Of a DNA stretch of 64,000 bases, positions 32,109 to 42,402 are shown piece after piece (the first letter of the stretch is position 1; every line of letters begins with the position of its first letter). Source of the stretch: Bacteroidales bacterium (GTDB lineage Bacteria > Bacteroidota > Bacteroidia > Bacteroidales > UBA932); NCBI GenBank assembly GCA_017437825.1, contig JAFRXC010000002.1, positions 14,421 to 78,420 of the forward strand. Reading direction: 5' to 3'. The notes beneath the pieces were generated by a model. The model was given only the letters and a program-made list of their open reading frames with translations. It was not told the DNA's origin and did no database searches. Made by a program: the position numbers and the translations under genes.

Positions 32109-33091
32109 ATGTTTCTTTTTAAGAATTCGATAAACATTATTCTACCCGACAGGCCGTCTATGCGGCAGCGTCCGCTGCGGCCATCGGCAGGCTTGCGCAT
32201 CTTGCGGAACTCATCGTGGGCCTCGGACACGGCCTTGACGTATTCTTTCTGCCCTTTCAGCCAGTATACCATCTGCGAGCAGCGGTCCAGCAGCAGCCTC
32301 CATCTGATTACCATAGCCGCTCTGGTCCTGCCTTTGCTCAAGGCCAGGTTGTTGTCCAGAAGCAGGAGGTTGTTGCGGTAGTTCAGCTTCAGCTTCCAGG
32401 GCGAATTCTGTGGCAGCGTGCCTCCGCCGAGGTGGTAAACCACGCTTTGCGGGACCACCTGCACCTTGTATCCCTGCAGCTGGAGCCTCCAGCAGAAGTC
32501 AATCTCTTCCATATGGGCGAAGAACCTGTCGTCCAGGCCTCCAAGTTTCTTCCACAGGGCGCTTCGCACCATAAGGCAGGCTCCTGTCACCCACATCACG
32601 CTGGCGGGGGAGTCGTATTGGCCGGAATCCACGGCCGTTCGGCTCATTATCCTGCCCCTGCAGTATGTGTATCCCCAGCGGTCCATCAGGCCTCCCGCGG
32701 CTCCGGCGTACTCGAACCTGTCCCTCTGGTAGTAAGAAAGCAGCTTGGGGCCGCAGGCTCCGCACTCAGGGTGGCTGTCCATCCACTGCACCAGCGGGCC
32801 CAGCCATCCTTCAGTCACTTCTATGTCAGAATTGATCAGGACGAAGTACTCCGCTTCAATCTGCTCCAGGGCCCTGTTGTAGCCTCCAGTAAAGCCGTAA
32901 TTCTTGTCCAGGGATATGCATCTTACCTGAGGGAACTGCTCCCGGACCAGGTCCAGGGAACCGTCGGTGGATGCGTTGTCCGCCACTACCACTTCCGCAT
33001 CCATTCCGGTGACGCTTTGCGTCAGGCCGGGAAGGAACTGCTGCAGGTACTGCCTGGTATTCCAGTTTAGAATTACAACCGCAGTTTTCAT
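32105..33091 (-). CDS. Glycosyltransferase family 2
   Basis: VVILNWN, DNASTDGS, NYGFTGGYN, INSD, HMEEIDFCWR. Confidence 0.92.
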   Translation of the reverse strand: MKTAVVILNWNTRQYLQQFLPGLTQSVTGMDAEVVVADNASTDGSLDLVREQFPQVRCISLDKNYGFTGGYNRALEQIEAEYFVLINSDIEVTEGWLGPLVQWMDSHPECGACGPKLLSYYQRDRFEYAGAAGGLMDRWGYTYCRGRIMSRTAVDSGQYDSPASVMWVTGACLMVRSALWKKLGGLDDRFFAHMEEIDFCWRLQLQGYKVQVVPQSVVYHLGGGTLPQNSPWKLKLNYRNNLLLLDNNLALSKGRTRAAMVIRWRLLLDRCSQMVYWLKGQKEYVKAVSEAHDEFRKMRKPADGRSGRCRIDGLSGRIMFIEFLKRNI

Positions 33092-33097
33092 AACTTA

Positions 33098-33125
33098 CAA
33101 ATATATTAAAATATTCGTAACTTTG
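33098..33125. promoter_or_regulatory. Back-to-back -7 promoter elements
   Basis: TATATTTG on minus strand (33098-33105) and TAACTTTG on plus strand (33118-33125). Confidence 0.65.
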
Positions 33126-33129
33126 TGAT

Positions 33130-33525
33130 ATGAAACCTCCCAAGGACCTTGAAAGGTACAAGGCATACTACAATGCCGACAAGTTCTGGAAAAAGATAAA
33201 GAAGTTTGCCAGAAGGATAGGCGCCAAGGCTGTCTACTATGCCCTGGTGCTGTACTATGCGCTCCAGAGTCCCACCATTTCCAAAAAGGACAAGCTTATT
33301 GTTTATGGAGCACTGGGTTATCTCATACTCCCCATAGACCTTTTACCCGACTTCCTTCCCGGCGGCTTCACTGACGATATTGCCGGCCTTGCCCTGGCAA
33401 TATACAAGATTGCCCGCAACATCACTCCGGAAGTGCGGGACAAAGCTAAAGCCAAGGTGCAGGATTGGTTCGGGGAAGTAAGACCCGAAACCTTCGACAT
33501 CACTGACTATCAGAACCGTTCCTAG
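33130..33525 (+). CDS. YkvA/DUF1232 family membrane protein
   Basis: GALGYLILPIDLLPDF..GFTDD. Confidence 0.88.
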   Translation: MKPPKDLERYKAYYNADKFWKKIKKFARRIGAKAVYYALVLYYALQSPTISKKDKLIVYGALGYLILPIDLLPDFLPGGFTDDIAGLALAIYKIARNITPEVRDKAKAKVQDWFGEVRPETFDITDYQNRS

Positions 33526-34172
33526 GAATCGTGGTGATGGTGGCAACCCTCGCCGTGGTGGTGGCCGCCGTGGCAGCATTCGCCATCATCGTGGTGATGC
33601 CCTCCATGGCAGCATTCACCGTCATCGTGATGATGTCCGCAGCAGTCTCCCTCGCCGTGGTCGTGTCCGCAGCAGTCACATCCTTCGTCTCCGCAGTCGC
33701 ACTGTCCGGCTGTCTTGATCTCGTTCTCCGTGGCCTCGCGTACAGATACCACCTTCCCCTTGAAATTGAGCGTCTTGCCTGCCATGGGGTGGTTGAAGTC
33801 CACCGTCACGTCATTGTCCTTTACCTCGACTATCTGGGCGTGGCAAACCTGTCCGGCAGAGTTGAGCATAGGGATCACCTGTCCTATTATCAGGAGGTCC
33901 TCGCGGATTTTCCCGTCAACAGCGAACGACTCTTTGGGGATGTCGAAACGAAGCTTGGGGTTGCGCTCGCCATATCCATCCTCGGGAGAAAGGGTGAATG
34001 CGAAGTCCTCTCCGGGCTCCTTTCCTTCAACTTCTTCCTCGAAGCGGGGTATGAGCATATTGCATCCATGGATGTACTCCAGAGGCTGCGCCTCGGTTGC
34101 TGAATCAACTATCTGTCCGTCTACGGTGAGCTCGTATGCAAGCGCTACGGCGTATTTGTCTTGAATCTTCAT
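33522..34172 (-). CDS. slyD: FKBP-type peptidyl-prolyl isomerase SlyD with His/Cys-rich tail
   Basis: PLEYIHG, PEDGYG, VDFNHPMAGKTLNF; repeated GECCHGGHHHDD tail. Confidence 0.92.
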   Translation of the reverse strand: MKIQDKYAVALAYELTVDGQIVDSATEAQPLEYIHGCNMLIPRFEEEVEGKEPGEDFAFTLSPEDGYGERNPKLRFDIPKESFAVDGKIREDLLIIGQVIPMLNSAGQVCHAQIVEVKDNDVTVDFNHPMAGKTLNFKGKVVSVREATENEIKTAGQCDCGDEGCDCCGHDHGEGDCCGHHHDDGECCHGGHHHDDGECCHGGHHHGEGCHHHHDS

Positions 34173-34178
34173 GATGTT

Positions 34179-35507
34179 CTATGCACTGAAATCTACGTTT
34201 GAGAATGCTAAGGTAGGAATAAGTTTTGACATACAGCTGCGCGCATCCTCTCCCGCAGCCGTCAAGTTGTTCCAGAGGGTTAAGAAATTGCCCGTTATGA
34301 GCATCTCCCGGACCGGATGGAGGATTTTTCCATCCTTGAAGGCAAAGCCCTCGATTCCGTATGAAAAGTCGCCGGTGGAACTGTTGGAGTTGCCTCCGTT
34401 GAAGCCGGTTACAAGTATGCCGCTGCCGCACATTTCAAGGATGCTCTGCCTGTCAAGACCCGGCTGGGGCCATCCTTTCACTCTGGGGCGTATGGCAGAC
34501 TCGAGCGTCGGCTCCATATCCATCTTCCCGGCCATATAGGTGTTGATGAAATACTGCTTGACAACGCCGTTTTCAATGATGGGGACGGTTTTGGTGGCGA
34601 CCCCTTCGGAGTCGAACAGGCGGCTTCCGCTCTGCCCGGCTATGCGGCAGTCGTCAATTATAGTCAGACCATCAGGGAACACTTTCTGCCCCACCTTGCC
34701 GGTAAGGAAAGAGTTGTTCTGCTGTACCGCGTATGCGCTCAGGGCACTCAGGACGGGACTTACAACGCGTGATGCTACTTCTGAGTCAATGACCATATTG
34801 TATTTGCCGCTCTTGAACGGCCTGGGATCCATCTGTGCCCTGGCCCTTTCCAAAGCCTTGGGGCATATCACACTGGTATTCAGTTTGTTGCGCCATACGG
34901 ATGCGTCCCACCAGTAGCCGCTGAACTTGTTTCCCTGCTTGTCTTCTACTGTCATCTCCACTCCGTAGTCGAAACCTGTTTCGGTATGGCGGCAGTACAG
35001 TCCCTGAGAGTCTAGGATCAAGGTGTCAGATATAGTCTCGGAATACTCCGCTTCCTCTGAAACCAGACCTTCCGGGCGGCTCTTGAAGATGGAAGCCTTT
35101 AGTGCGGTCTCTATGCGCCTGTCTGCGTCCGTATTGGGGTAGTCGGGGTCGCAAAGGCCCAACTCTGTCCCGGTCAGAGCGTCTTTGGCAGTACGCTCCG
35201 GGGCGGGGAGGTCCCGGTACTGGTCTTGTGCCAGCATCCTGACCTTCTCTATGGCTTTGTCCAGGAAGCCGTCGGTGTCCTCTATCCGGTTGGTGGAGAA
35301 ACTTCCGAACCTTCCGTCAACTATCAGGTTTATTGAAAGGGACCTGTCCAGGCAGTGGCTGGTCTTGTCCAGTTCTCCGTTGAGTGTCCCGGCAAGGTCC
35401 ATTATGTTCTTGTTAAGGGTGACGCGGACTTTCTGCGCCCCTTTGGCCATTGCGGATTCAAGGCATTTGCGCGCCAGTTCTATTTCTCTGCTGTCTATCA
35501 TACTCAT
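34179..35507 (-). CDS. pmbA: TldE/PmbA family protein
   Basis: FDSEGV, NGGNSNSSTGDFSYG, PVREM.ITGN; lacks HExxxH. Confidence 0.9.
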   Translation of the reverse strand: MSMIDSREIELARKCLESAMAKGAQKVRVTLNKNIMDLAGTLNGELDKTSHCLDRSLSINLIVDGRFGSFSTNRIEDTDGFLDKAIEKVRMLAQDQYRDLPAPERTAKDALTGTELGLCDPDYPNTDADRRIETALKASIFKSRPEGLVSEEAEYSETISDTLILDSQGLYCRHTETGFDYGVEMTVEDKQGNKFSGYWWDASVWRNKLNTSVICPKALERARAQMDPRPFKSGKYNMVIDSEVASRVVSPVLSALSAYAVQQNNSFLTGKVGQKVFPDGLTIIDDCRIAGQSGSRLFDSEGVATKTVPIIENGVVKQYFINTYMAGKMDMEPTLESAIRPRVKGWPQPGLDRQSILEMCGSGILVTGFNGGNSNSSTGDFSYGIEGFAFKDGKILHPVREMLITGNFLTLWNNLTAAGEDARSCMSKLIPTLAFSNVDFSA

Positions 35508-36946
35508 TCTCCTCCCACTGTCAGGTTTTCAACAAGCACCGTAGGGATGCCGCACGACACCGGAACGCTCTGTTCCTTGCCACAAGTCCATGTTCCGGGA
35601 TCTATTATCAGGTCGTCCGCAACCATCCGCATGTCCGCCAGGGCGGCGGGGCCGTTGCCTATTATGTTTATGTCCTTGATCGGGGCCGTCAGCCGGCCGT
35701 CCTCGATGAGGAAACCGCTTTTGACATAGAACGTGAAGTCTCCTTCGCCAATCTTTACCTGGCCGTTAGAGAACTGGTCCACGAAGACACCTTTCTTTAC
35801 GGACGCTATTATGTCTTGGGACTTGGCCTGACCGCTTTCCATATAGGTGCAGCGCATACGCTGGATAGGGTGATAGCGGAATGACTCGCGCCTGCCGTTG
35901 CCGGTATGGGGAACTCCGTAGAATTTAGCGCTGATGCGGTCGTGCAGATACGATGTGAGTACGCCGTCTTCCACCATTACGGTACGCTGTCCGGCTACGA
36001 GTTCGTCGTCGAAATTTATGGAACCGCGGTTGCAGCGGATTGTGCCGTCGTCCACTATGGTTATGCCCTTGTCGCAGATGCGCTTTCCCATCTTGTCGCT
36101 GAACACCGACTGCCCCTTGCGGTTGAAGTCGGCTTCGAAAGCATGGCCCATAGCTTCGTGCAGAAGGATTCCGGAGGCTCCGGCGCCCATCACCACGCTC
36201 ATCTTCCCACCTTTGGGGCGGATGGCCTGGAAGCGCTGGTCAATGCCGGAGACGACCTCCGCGGCAAGCTCTTCCAGCAGGGCGTCGTCCATCATCTCGG
36301 CGCCGATGCGCCAGCTGCGGGAAGCGGACTTGTTCTCCACCACTTCTCCCTGCTTGAAGATGACCGAAACAGACAGGCTTCCCATAGGCCTGGTATCGTA
36401 CTTCAGTTCTCCTAAGGAATTGAACATCAGGATGTCGCTCACTTGCGATCCCAGCATGGCTATGACTTTGATGACGCGGCTGTCCTTGCTCTCTATGAGC
36501 CCCTGCAGCTTCTCCAGCATAGGGACGAAAGCCGATGCGCTTGCCTGCCGCCAGTCCTGCTCCATAGGGTAGCGGTCGGCGGCGGGGTTGGGCTTCCCGC
36601 CGTGGCGTCCGACGGACGCCTCGGCTTTCGCCGCCCCCACGCCTCCCTGCAGCGATATGGTCGCGGCGGCCTTTGCCGCCTGCATCATCTCGGCAGGGTC
36701 GGTGCTCTCCGTGTACGCGTAACCTGTCTTGTCTCCCTTGAGGACTCTGATTCCCACGCCGAAGTCTGTGTGGAGGCCTCCTGAGGCCACCTGGCCGTCG
36801 CGTAGGAGAAGGTCGGAATAGACGGTGTTCTCGAAATATAGGTCCGCGTAATCTCCTCCGCTTCTGAGAGCACTTGATATGAGGCTCTCAAGCATAGGTT
36901 CCGTCACGCGGAATGTGTCAAGGTAGTATTCTTTTTGGTTGATCAT
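35504..36946 (-). CDS. tldD: TldD metalloprotease
   Basis: GGDYADLYFE, LLHEAMGHAFEAD, TGNGRRES, CGK..VPVS.G.PT. Confidence 0.93.
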   Translation of the reverse strand: MINQKEYYLDTFRVTEPMLESLISSALRSGGDYADLYFENTVYSDLLLRDGQVASGGLHTDFGVGIRVLKGDKTGYAYTESTDPAEMMQAAKAAATISLQGGVGAAKAEASVGRHGGKPNPAADRYPMEQDWRQASASAFVPMLEKLQGLIESKDSRVIKVIAMLGSQVSDILMFNSLGELKYDTRPMGSLSVSVIFKQGEVVENKSASRSWRIGAEMMDDALLEELAAEVVSGIDQRFQAIRPKGGKMSVVMGAGASGILLHEAMGHAFEADFNRKGQSVFSDKMGKRICDKGITIVDDGTIRCNRGSINFDDELVAGQRTVMVEDGVLTSYLHDRISAKFYGVPHTGNGRRESFRYHPIQRMRCTYMESGQAKSQDIIASVKKGVFVDQFSNGQVKIGEGDFTFYVKSGFLIEDGRLTAPIKDINIIGNGPAALADMRMVADDLIIDPGTWTCGKEQSVPVSCGIPTVLVENLTVGGE

Positions 36947-36952
36947 TGTCTG

Positions 36953-37522
36953 TTAATGCGCCTGTTGCCAGATGATGTCGTATTTTACGGGGTCGTAGAT
37001 TGTGGTTCCGGAGCGGGACCCCTCTGCTATGGTGGTGAAAGGCGATTTGGAATTGTCTGCCAGCAGCCAGAAATCGCACGCCGGCATATAGTCCTTGAAG
37101 AAGTATTTGAGTCCCATATAGTAGCGTCGCCGTATGGTGTCTTCAGGGATATTGTGCCCTCCGGCGTCCACTCTCTGCTTCACCCTCTTTATGCCCAGTT
37201 CGGGAGACTCCAGCCAGAAATACAGGATGGTTATCTCGTATCCGCGAGATTGCGCTTCCTGGATAGTTTTCAGCAGTGAGCGCGTGGCAAGGGTAGTCTC
37301 CACGCAGAAATTCTGTCTCCTGTCAAGCAGGTACCGGCATTTCAGCAGCATATAGCGGCTGGCCGACACTGAGGCGGCGGACGGGTCGAAAGGGGAGAGG
37401 CTCTTGGCAAACTCGTCGGAGTTCACGAATTCCTTGCAGTCAAGGATTTCCGGAAGCAGCGAGTAGCTTGCGGTGGTCTTTCCCGAGCCGTTGCAGCCCG
37501 ATATGATATACATTTTAGCCAT
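36953..37522 (-). CDS. Zeta-toxin-like P-loop kinase/ATPase
   Basis: GCNGSGKTT, FVNSDE, ETTLA, RV..GGHNIP..IRRRY. Confidence 0.88.
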   Translation of the reverse strand: MAKMYIISGCNGSGKTTASYSLLPEILDCKEFVNSDEFAKSLSPFDPSAASVSASRYMLLKCRYLLDRRQNFCVETTLATRSLLKTIQEAQSRGYEITILYFWLESPELGIKRVKQRVDAGGHNIPEDTIRRRYYMGLKYFFKDYMPACDFWLLADNSKSPFTTIAEGSRSGTTIYDPVKYDIIWQQAH

Positions 37523-38213
37523 CCTGTCCTTTGTCTATTCCGTAACCGAACAATGCAAAATCTCCCATACAGGGGTCCTGGGGCCATATTTCCCTGAAAG
37601 CGTCAGTGATTTCCAGGGCGGTGGCAAGGTCCTTTGACCTGCGGGTAGTGAGGCCCAGCGCGGTGGCCTCGTCATAAACGTGGACGTCCAGGGGGATTAC
37701 CAGCGACGCCGGGTCAGTGCCTTTCCAAAGTCCCAGGTCCACTATGCCGTCGCGGCGTACCATCCACCGGCGCATCATATGGATTTTCTTGTTTGTGGCC
37801 TTGGCGTCTTCCTTCTGCCCGAATATCCTGGTCCTCATCTGCGAGGCGTCAAGCGCCTCCAGGGACGACGCCTGGCCGTAAAAGTCCTTCAATCTGGAGC
37901 ATATGGCGGCGACCTCGCTCCAACGCACCGTACGATGCGCAGAGGAGCTGTCGCAGCGCCAGTTTCCACGCATCACGTAGTCGTACGGCTTCCAGGACAT
38001 TTCGTCAAACAGCCTGTTGCAGTCCCGCACGATCATGACACGCCTGCCCCAGGCGAAGTGCGCGGCGAACACCGCCGCCACTTCTATGTCCTGCAGGCTT
38101 GCGCCTCTCTGAAAGAACAGCCTGGGGAAGGCCACGGGGTCTTCCTTGAAATATTCCGGGTTGTCGTATTTTATAGCCCACGAGCGGAGCTTTCCTTCCA
38201 GAATTGCATCCAT
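37515..38213 (-). CDS. TIGR02757/DUF2400 family protein
   Basis: DPV.FP, AWGRR, RWMVR, DLGLW, IPLDVHV, DP..DFALFG. Confidence 0.88.
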   Translation of the reverse strand: MDAILEGKLRSWAIKYDNPEYFKEDPVAFPRLFFQRGASLQDIEVAAVFAAHFAWGRRVMIVRDCNRLFDEMSWKPYDYVMRGNWRCDSSSAHRTVRWSEVAAICSRLKDFYGQASSLEALDASQMRTRIFGQKEDAKATNKKIHMMRRWMVRRDGIVDLGLWKGTDPASLVIPLDVHVYDEATALGLTTRRSKDLATALEITDAFREIWPQDPCMGDFALFGYGIDKGQDG

Positions 38214-38307
38214 CAGTGCAAATATAGGAAAATACTTGGAGCTTATTTTTGCAAAAAATCTCAATAATTGCTATTATTGAACAATAAAAACTTAATTAAC
38301 CACGTAC

Positions 38308-39612
38308 ATGAAAAAACTTATGCTGATTCTGGCGCTTGCCGCATTCTTCATTCCGGCCGGCGCGCAAAGGCGTACTGCCGATCTTCCCAAATGGCCAGGC
38401 GTATGTGAAACCCCTCAGATGGGCTGGAGCTCCTGGAATAAATTCATGACCGACATCAATGAAGACATCATAAAGGAAACAGTCGACGCAATGGTCGAGC
38501 TGGGTCTCGTGGATGCAGGATATGTATACGTTAACATTGACGATGGCTGGCACGGAGAGAGGAACAACCTCGGCTTCGTCCAGGGAGATCCCAAGAAATT
38601 CCCTTCCGGAATGAAGGCCATCGGCGAGTATATCCACTCCAAGGGCCTCAAGTTCGGTATATACAGCGACGCTGGAGATTTCACCTGCAACGGCTGCACC
38701 GGAAGTCGCGGCTACGAATATCAGGACGCCCTCACCTATGCATCCTGGGAAGTGGATTACGTCAAGTACGACTGGTGCTCCACCCAGAACGTTAATGCTA
38801 AAGACGCATATATCACAATGCGCAACGCAATTACCAAGGCCGGACGCCCTATGGTATTCAGTATGTGCGAATGGGGAACCAGCAAGCCCTGGGAGTGGGC
38901 CGAGGACGTAGCACACTCCTGGCGTACCACCCACGACATCGGTCCCGCCTTCCTTCCTGCAGAGACCTCATATTTCCCTGACGGACGCCGCAGGTGGAAA
39001 CCTCAGAGCGTATACGAGATCATAGAGCAGACCGAGCCCCTTCGCAAATATGCAGGACCCGGACATTGGAACGACCCTGATATGCTGGAAGTAGGCAACG
39101 TCATCACTGTGGATGAAATCACCTGGGCGATGACAGAGAGCGAGGACCGCGCACACTTCACAATGTGGTGCATGCTCGCAGCTCCCCTCATCCTCGGAAA
39201 CGACCTCAGGGACATCTCCAAGGAGACCCTCGCCATCATCACCAACAAGGATGTCATCGCAATAGACCAGGATCCTCTCGGAATCCAGGGTCTGCGTCTC
39301 AAGAAAGAGAATGACCTTCAGTACTGGTTCAAGCCTCTGGTAGGCGGGGACTGGGCATTCTGCATAATGAACACCGGCCCCGACGCCGCAAACATCGCCC
39401 TAGACTGGTCCGCACTTGAGGTGGACGACGACCTCAGCGGCCGCAAGACCGACTTCGCAGGCACCACCTATACCGCACGTGACCTCTGGAACAAGTCGGC
39501 CAAGCCTTTCAACACCAAGGTAAGGAAGAACAGGCAGATGGTGAACAACGTGGTAAACGTCACCGTTCCTTCCCACGATGTCCTGGTTTACAGGCTTTCA
39601 CCCGTGATGTAG
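38308..39612 (+). CDS. Alpha-galactosidase, GH27 (copy 1)
   Basis: PQMGWSSWN, IDDGW, DYVKYDWC, SWRTTHDI, WNDPDML. Confidence 0.94.
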   Translation: MKKLMLILALAAFFIPAGAQRRTADLPKWPGVCETPQMGWSSWNKFMTDINEDIIKETVDAMVELGLVDAGYVYVNIDDGWHGERNNLGFVQGDPKKFPSGMKAIGEYIHSKGLKFGIYSDAGDFTCNGCTGSRGYEYQDALTYASWEVDYVKYDWCSTQNVNAKDAYITMRNAITKAGRPMVFSMCEWGTSKPWEWAEDVAHSWRTTHDIGPAFLPAETSYFPDGRRRWKPQSVYEIIEQTEPLRKYAGPGHWNDPDMLEVGNVITVDEITWAMTESEDRAHFTMWCMLAAPLILGNDLRDISKETLAIITNKDVIAIDQDPLGIQGLRLKKENDLQYWFKPLVGGDWAFCIMNTGPDAANIALDWSALEVDDDLSGRKTDFAGTTYTARDLWNKSAKPFNTKVRKNRQMVNNVVNVTVPSHDVLVYRLSPVM

Positions 39613-39636
39613 TATAAACCTTATTAAAACATAATT

Positions 39637-40965
39637 ATGAAAAAAGCACTTATTCTGATTGCCTCAGCAGCAATGATTCTTTTGTCTGGAAACGCTTTCG
39701 CTCAGGGCAGACGTTCCGCTGACATCCCCAAGTATCCGGGACTGGCCGACACCCCTCAGATGGGCTGGAACTCCTGGAACAGGTTCATGACCGATATCAA
39801 CGAAGACCTCATCAAGGCCACCGCCGACGCAATGGTGGACCTTGGCCTAGTAGATGCAGGATACGTTTACCTCAATCTGGATGACGGATGGCACGGAGAG
39901 AGGGACGAGCAGGGATTCATCACCTGCGATCCCGTCAAGTTCCCTTCCGGAATCAAGGCTCTTGCAGATTACTTGCATTCAAAGGGAATGAAGCTTGGAA
40001 TCTACAGCGATGCCGGAAACTTCACCTGCGCCGGCTATTCAGGAAGCCGCGGACACGAGTATCAGGATGCCATCACATATGCTTCCTGGGGAGTTGATTA
40101 CCTCAAATATGACTGGTGCGCAACCCAGAACGTCAACGCTAAGGGCGCCTATATCCTTATGCGTAACGCTCTTGGAAAGGCCGGCCGTCCCATCCTCTTC
40201 AGTATGTGCGAGTGGGGAACCAGCAAGCCTTGGGAGTGGGCCGCAGACGTAGCGCATTCCTGGCGTACCACCCACGACATCGGTCCTGCCTTCCTCCCGG
40301 TTCCTATCACCTACAACGAGCAGGGAAGGCCCAACTGGCGTCCTCAGAGCATCATAGACATCATCAACCAGAACGAGCCCCTGCGCAAGTATGCAGGCCC
40401 CGGCCATTGGAACGACCCCGATATGCTTGAGGTTGGCAACAACATCACCGTAAACGGAATCTATTACGAGATGACTGACAGCGAAGACCGCGCTCACTTT
40501 ACCATCTGGTGTATGATGGCCGCCCCGCTCATCCTCGGCAACGACCTTACCAAGATCACCCCTGAATCACTTGCAATCATCACCAACAAGGATATGATCG
40601 CAGTAGACCAGGATCCTCTCGGAATCCAGGGACTCCGCCTCATCAACACAGAGACCCTTCAGTACTGGTTCAAGCCCCTCGTCAACGGAGACTGGGCATT
40701 CTGCGTGATGAACATCGGCGAGGAGCCTGCAAACATCGCCCTCGACTGGTCTGAACTTGAGGTTGACGACGAACTCAGTGGCCGCAAGACCGACTTCGCC
40801 AACACCAACTACACCGTAAAGAGCATCTGGACTCCTACCGACAAGCCTTTCAACACACTTAAGAAAGGCAAGGGCAAACAGCGCAAGCAGATGGTTACCA
40901 ACGTCGTAAACGTTACGGTTCCCGTACACGACGTGGTTGCATACCGTCTTACACCTGTCAAATAA
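39637..40965 (+). CDS. Alpha-galactosidase, GH27 (copy 2)
   Basis: Same GH27 motifs; colinear paralog of the upstream gene. Confidence 0.94.
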   Translation: MKKALILIASAAMILLSGNAFAQGRRSADIPKYPGLADTPQMGWNSWNRFMTDINEDLIKATADAMVDLGLVDAGYVYLNLDDGWHGERDEQGFITCDPVKFPSGIKALADYLHSKGMKLGIYSDAGNFTCAGYSGSRGHEYQDAITYASWGVDYLKYDWCATQNVNAKGAYILMRNALGKAGRPILFSMCEWGTSKPWEWAADVAHSWRTTHDIGPAFLPVPITYNEQGRPNWRPQSIIDIINQNEPLRKYAGPGHWNDPDMLEVGNNITVNGIYYEMTDSEDRAHFTIWCMMAAPLILGNDLTKITPESLAIITNKDMIAVDQDPLGIQGLRLINTETLQYWFKPLVNGDWAFCVMNIGEEPANIALDWSELEVDDELSGRKTDFANTNYTVKSIWTPTDKPFNTLKKGKGKQRKQMVTNVVNVTVPVHDVVAYRLTPVK

Positions 40966-40980
40966 CCAAACCTGATTCAT

Positions 40981-42399
40981 ATGAAAAGAGTTTTAATGAT
41001 TTTAGCAGCAGCGCTGGCTCTGGCCGCCTGCGCCGAAAAGAACCCTATACTGACCATCGACGGTGGCCAGGTACAGGGCGTCAAGGGAGAACTCAAGGGC
41101 GTGTACATCTATAAGGGAATCCCTTATGCTGCCCCGCCAATCGGACAGCTCCGTTGGAAAGCTCCTCAGCCTGTAGTTCCCTGGGAGGGCGTAAAGGTAT
41201 GTGACACCTTCGGACATCCTGGATATCAGGTAGTACACTATCCTGGCGGATACACTACTGAATGGGGATACGGCGACGAGCCCGCATACAGCGAGGACTG
41301 CCTGTATCTGAACGTATATACAAAGGCTCCCGGCCAGACAGACAAGAAACTCCCCGTGGCAATGTGGATTCACGGAGGCGGTCTTCGTGAAGGCTGGGGA
41401 TTCGAGCCTGAGTTCGACGGAGAGGAGTTTGCAGCCAAGGACATCGTCCTGGTTACCATCAACTACCGTCTTGGAATGTTCGGATTCATGTGTCATCCCG
41501 ACCTCATCGCAGAGGATCCCAACGGTTCATCCGGAAACTACGGTATTATGGACCAGGTTCAGGCCCTCAAGTGGATCAAGGCCAACATCGCCCAGTTCGG
41601 AGGCGACCCTGACAACGTGATGATATTCGGACAGAGCGGAGGCGGAAGAAGCACCCGTACCCTCAGCGAGTCTCCTATCGCAAGGGGCCTCTTCCACAAG
41701 GCTGTCATAATGAGCGCCCAGGGATTCTCCACCGCTCCTGCATATTCTGCATCAGCCGTTACGCTCGAGGAGCAGGCCAATATGTACAAGACCATCATGG
41801 ACTGGGCCGGACTTGACAACCTCCAGAAGATGCGCGCTGCCTCTACTGAGGAAATCTTCTCAGTTGTTAATATCTACAACCGCGTAAACGGCCTCAGGGC
41901 TGCGGGAATGTTCGCTCCTATAATCGACGGATATGTAGTAAAGCAGGATTTCGACACAGCCGCAAAGACCGGCAACCTGGCCAACGTGCCTTATATGATA
42001 GGATATACGCTCAACGATTCAGGTGATATGTCTCCTGGAATCAAAGCTTTCTGCCTTGACCGTGAAGAGAAGGGCGGAAAGGCTTACGCATATCAGTTCG
42101 CACGTCCTCTTCCTGATGACGGAAAGCATCCTGAGGTTACCCAAAGGCTCAGGGGAGCATTCCACTCTTCAGACCTCTGGTTCGTATTCAAGTCCCTCAA
42201 GCACTGCTGGAGGCCTTGGACTCAGGGAGACTGGGATCTTTCAGAGAAGATGATAACCGCCTGGAGCAACTTTGCCAAGAACAGCGATCCTGGTCTTGGC
42301 TGGGAGCCCTGCACTGCGGCAAAGCCTGACTTCATGGTATTCCGCCTGGACGAGAACGACGCCGAGGCTTCATTCCTCGGGCAGCCTATCAAGCAGTAA
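40981..42399 (+). CDS. Type-B carboxylesterase, lipoprotein
   Basis: GIPYAAPP, SEDCLYLNV, WIHGGG, FGGDP, GQSGG, GAFH. Confidence 0.92.
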   Translation: MKRVLMILAAALALAACAEKNPILTIDGGQVQGVKGELKGVYIYKGIPYAAPPIGQLRWKAPQPVVPWEGVKVCDTFGHPGYQVVHYPGGYTTEWGYGDEPAYSEDCLYLNVYTKAPGQTDKKLPVAMWIHGGGLREGWGFEPEFDGEEFAAKDIVLVTINYRLGMFGFMCHPDLIAEDPNGSSGNYGIMDQVQALKWIKANIAQFGGDPDNVMIFGQSGGGRSTRTLSESPIARGLFHKAVIMSAQGFSTAPAYSASAVTLEEQANMYKTIMDWAGLDNLQKMRAASTEEIFSVVNIYNRVNGLRAAGMFAPIIDGYVVKQDFDTAAKTGNLANVPYMIGYTLNDSGDMSPGIKAFCLDREEKGGKAYAYQFARPLPDDGKHPEVTQRLRGAFHSSDLWFVFKSLKHCWRPWTQGDWDLSEKMITAWSNFAKNSDPGLGWEPCTAAKPDFMVFRLDENDAEASFLGQPIKQ

Positions 42400-42402
42400 T
42401 CA

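Noticed and set aside
33525-33705. 36-nt tandem repeats at the 3' end of slyD
   Set aside because: Encode the known His/Cys metal-binding tail of SlyD
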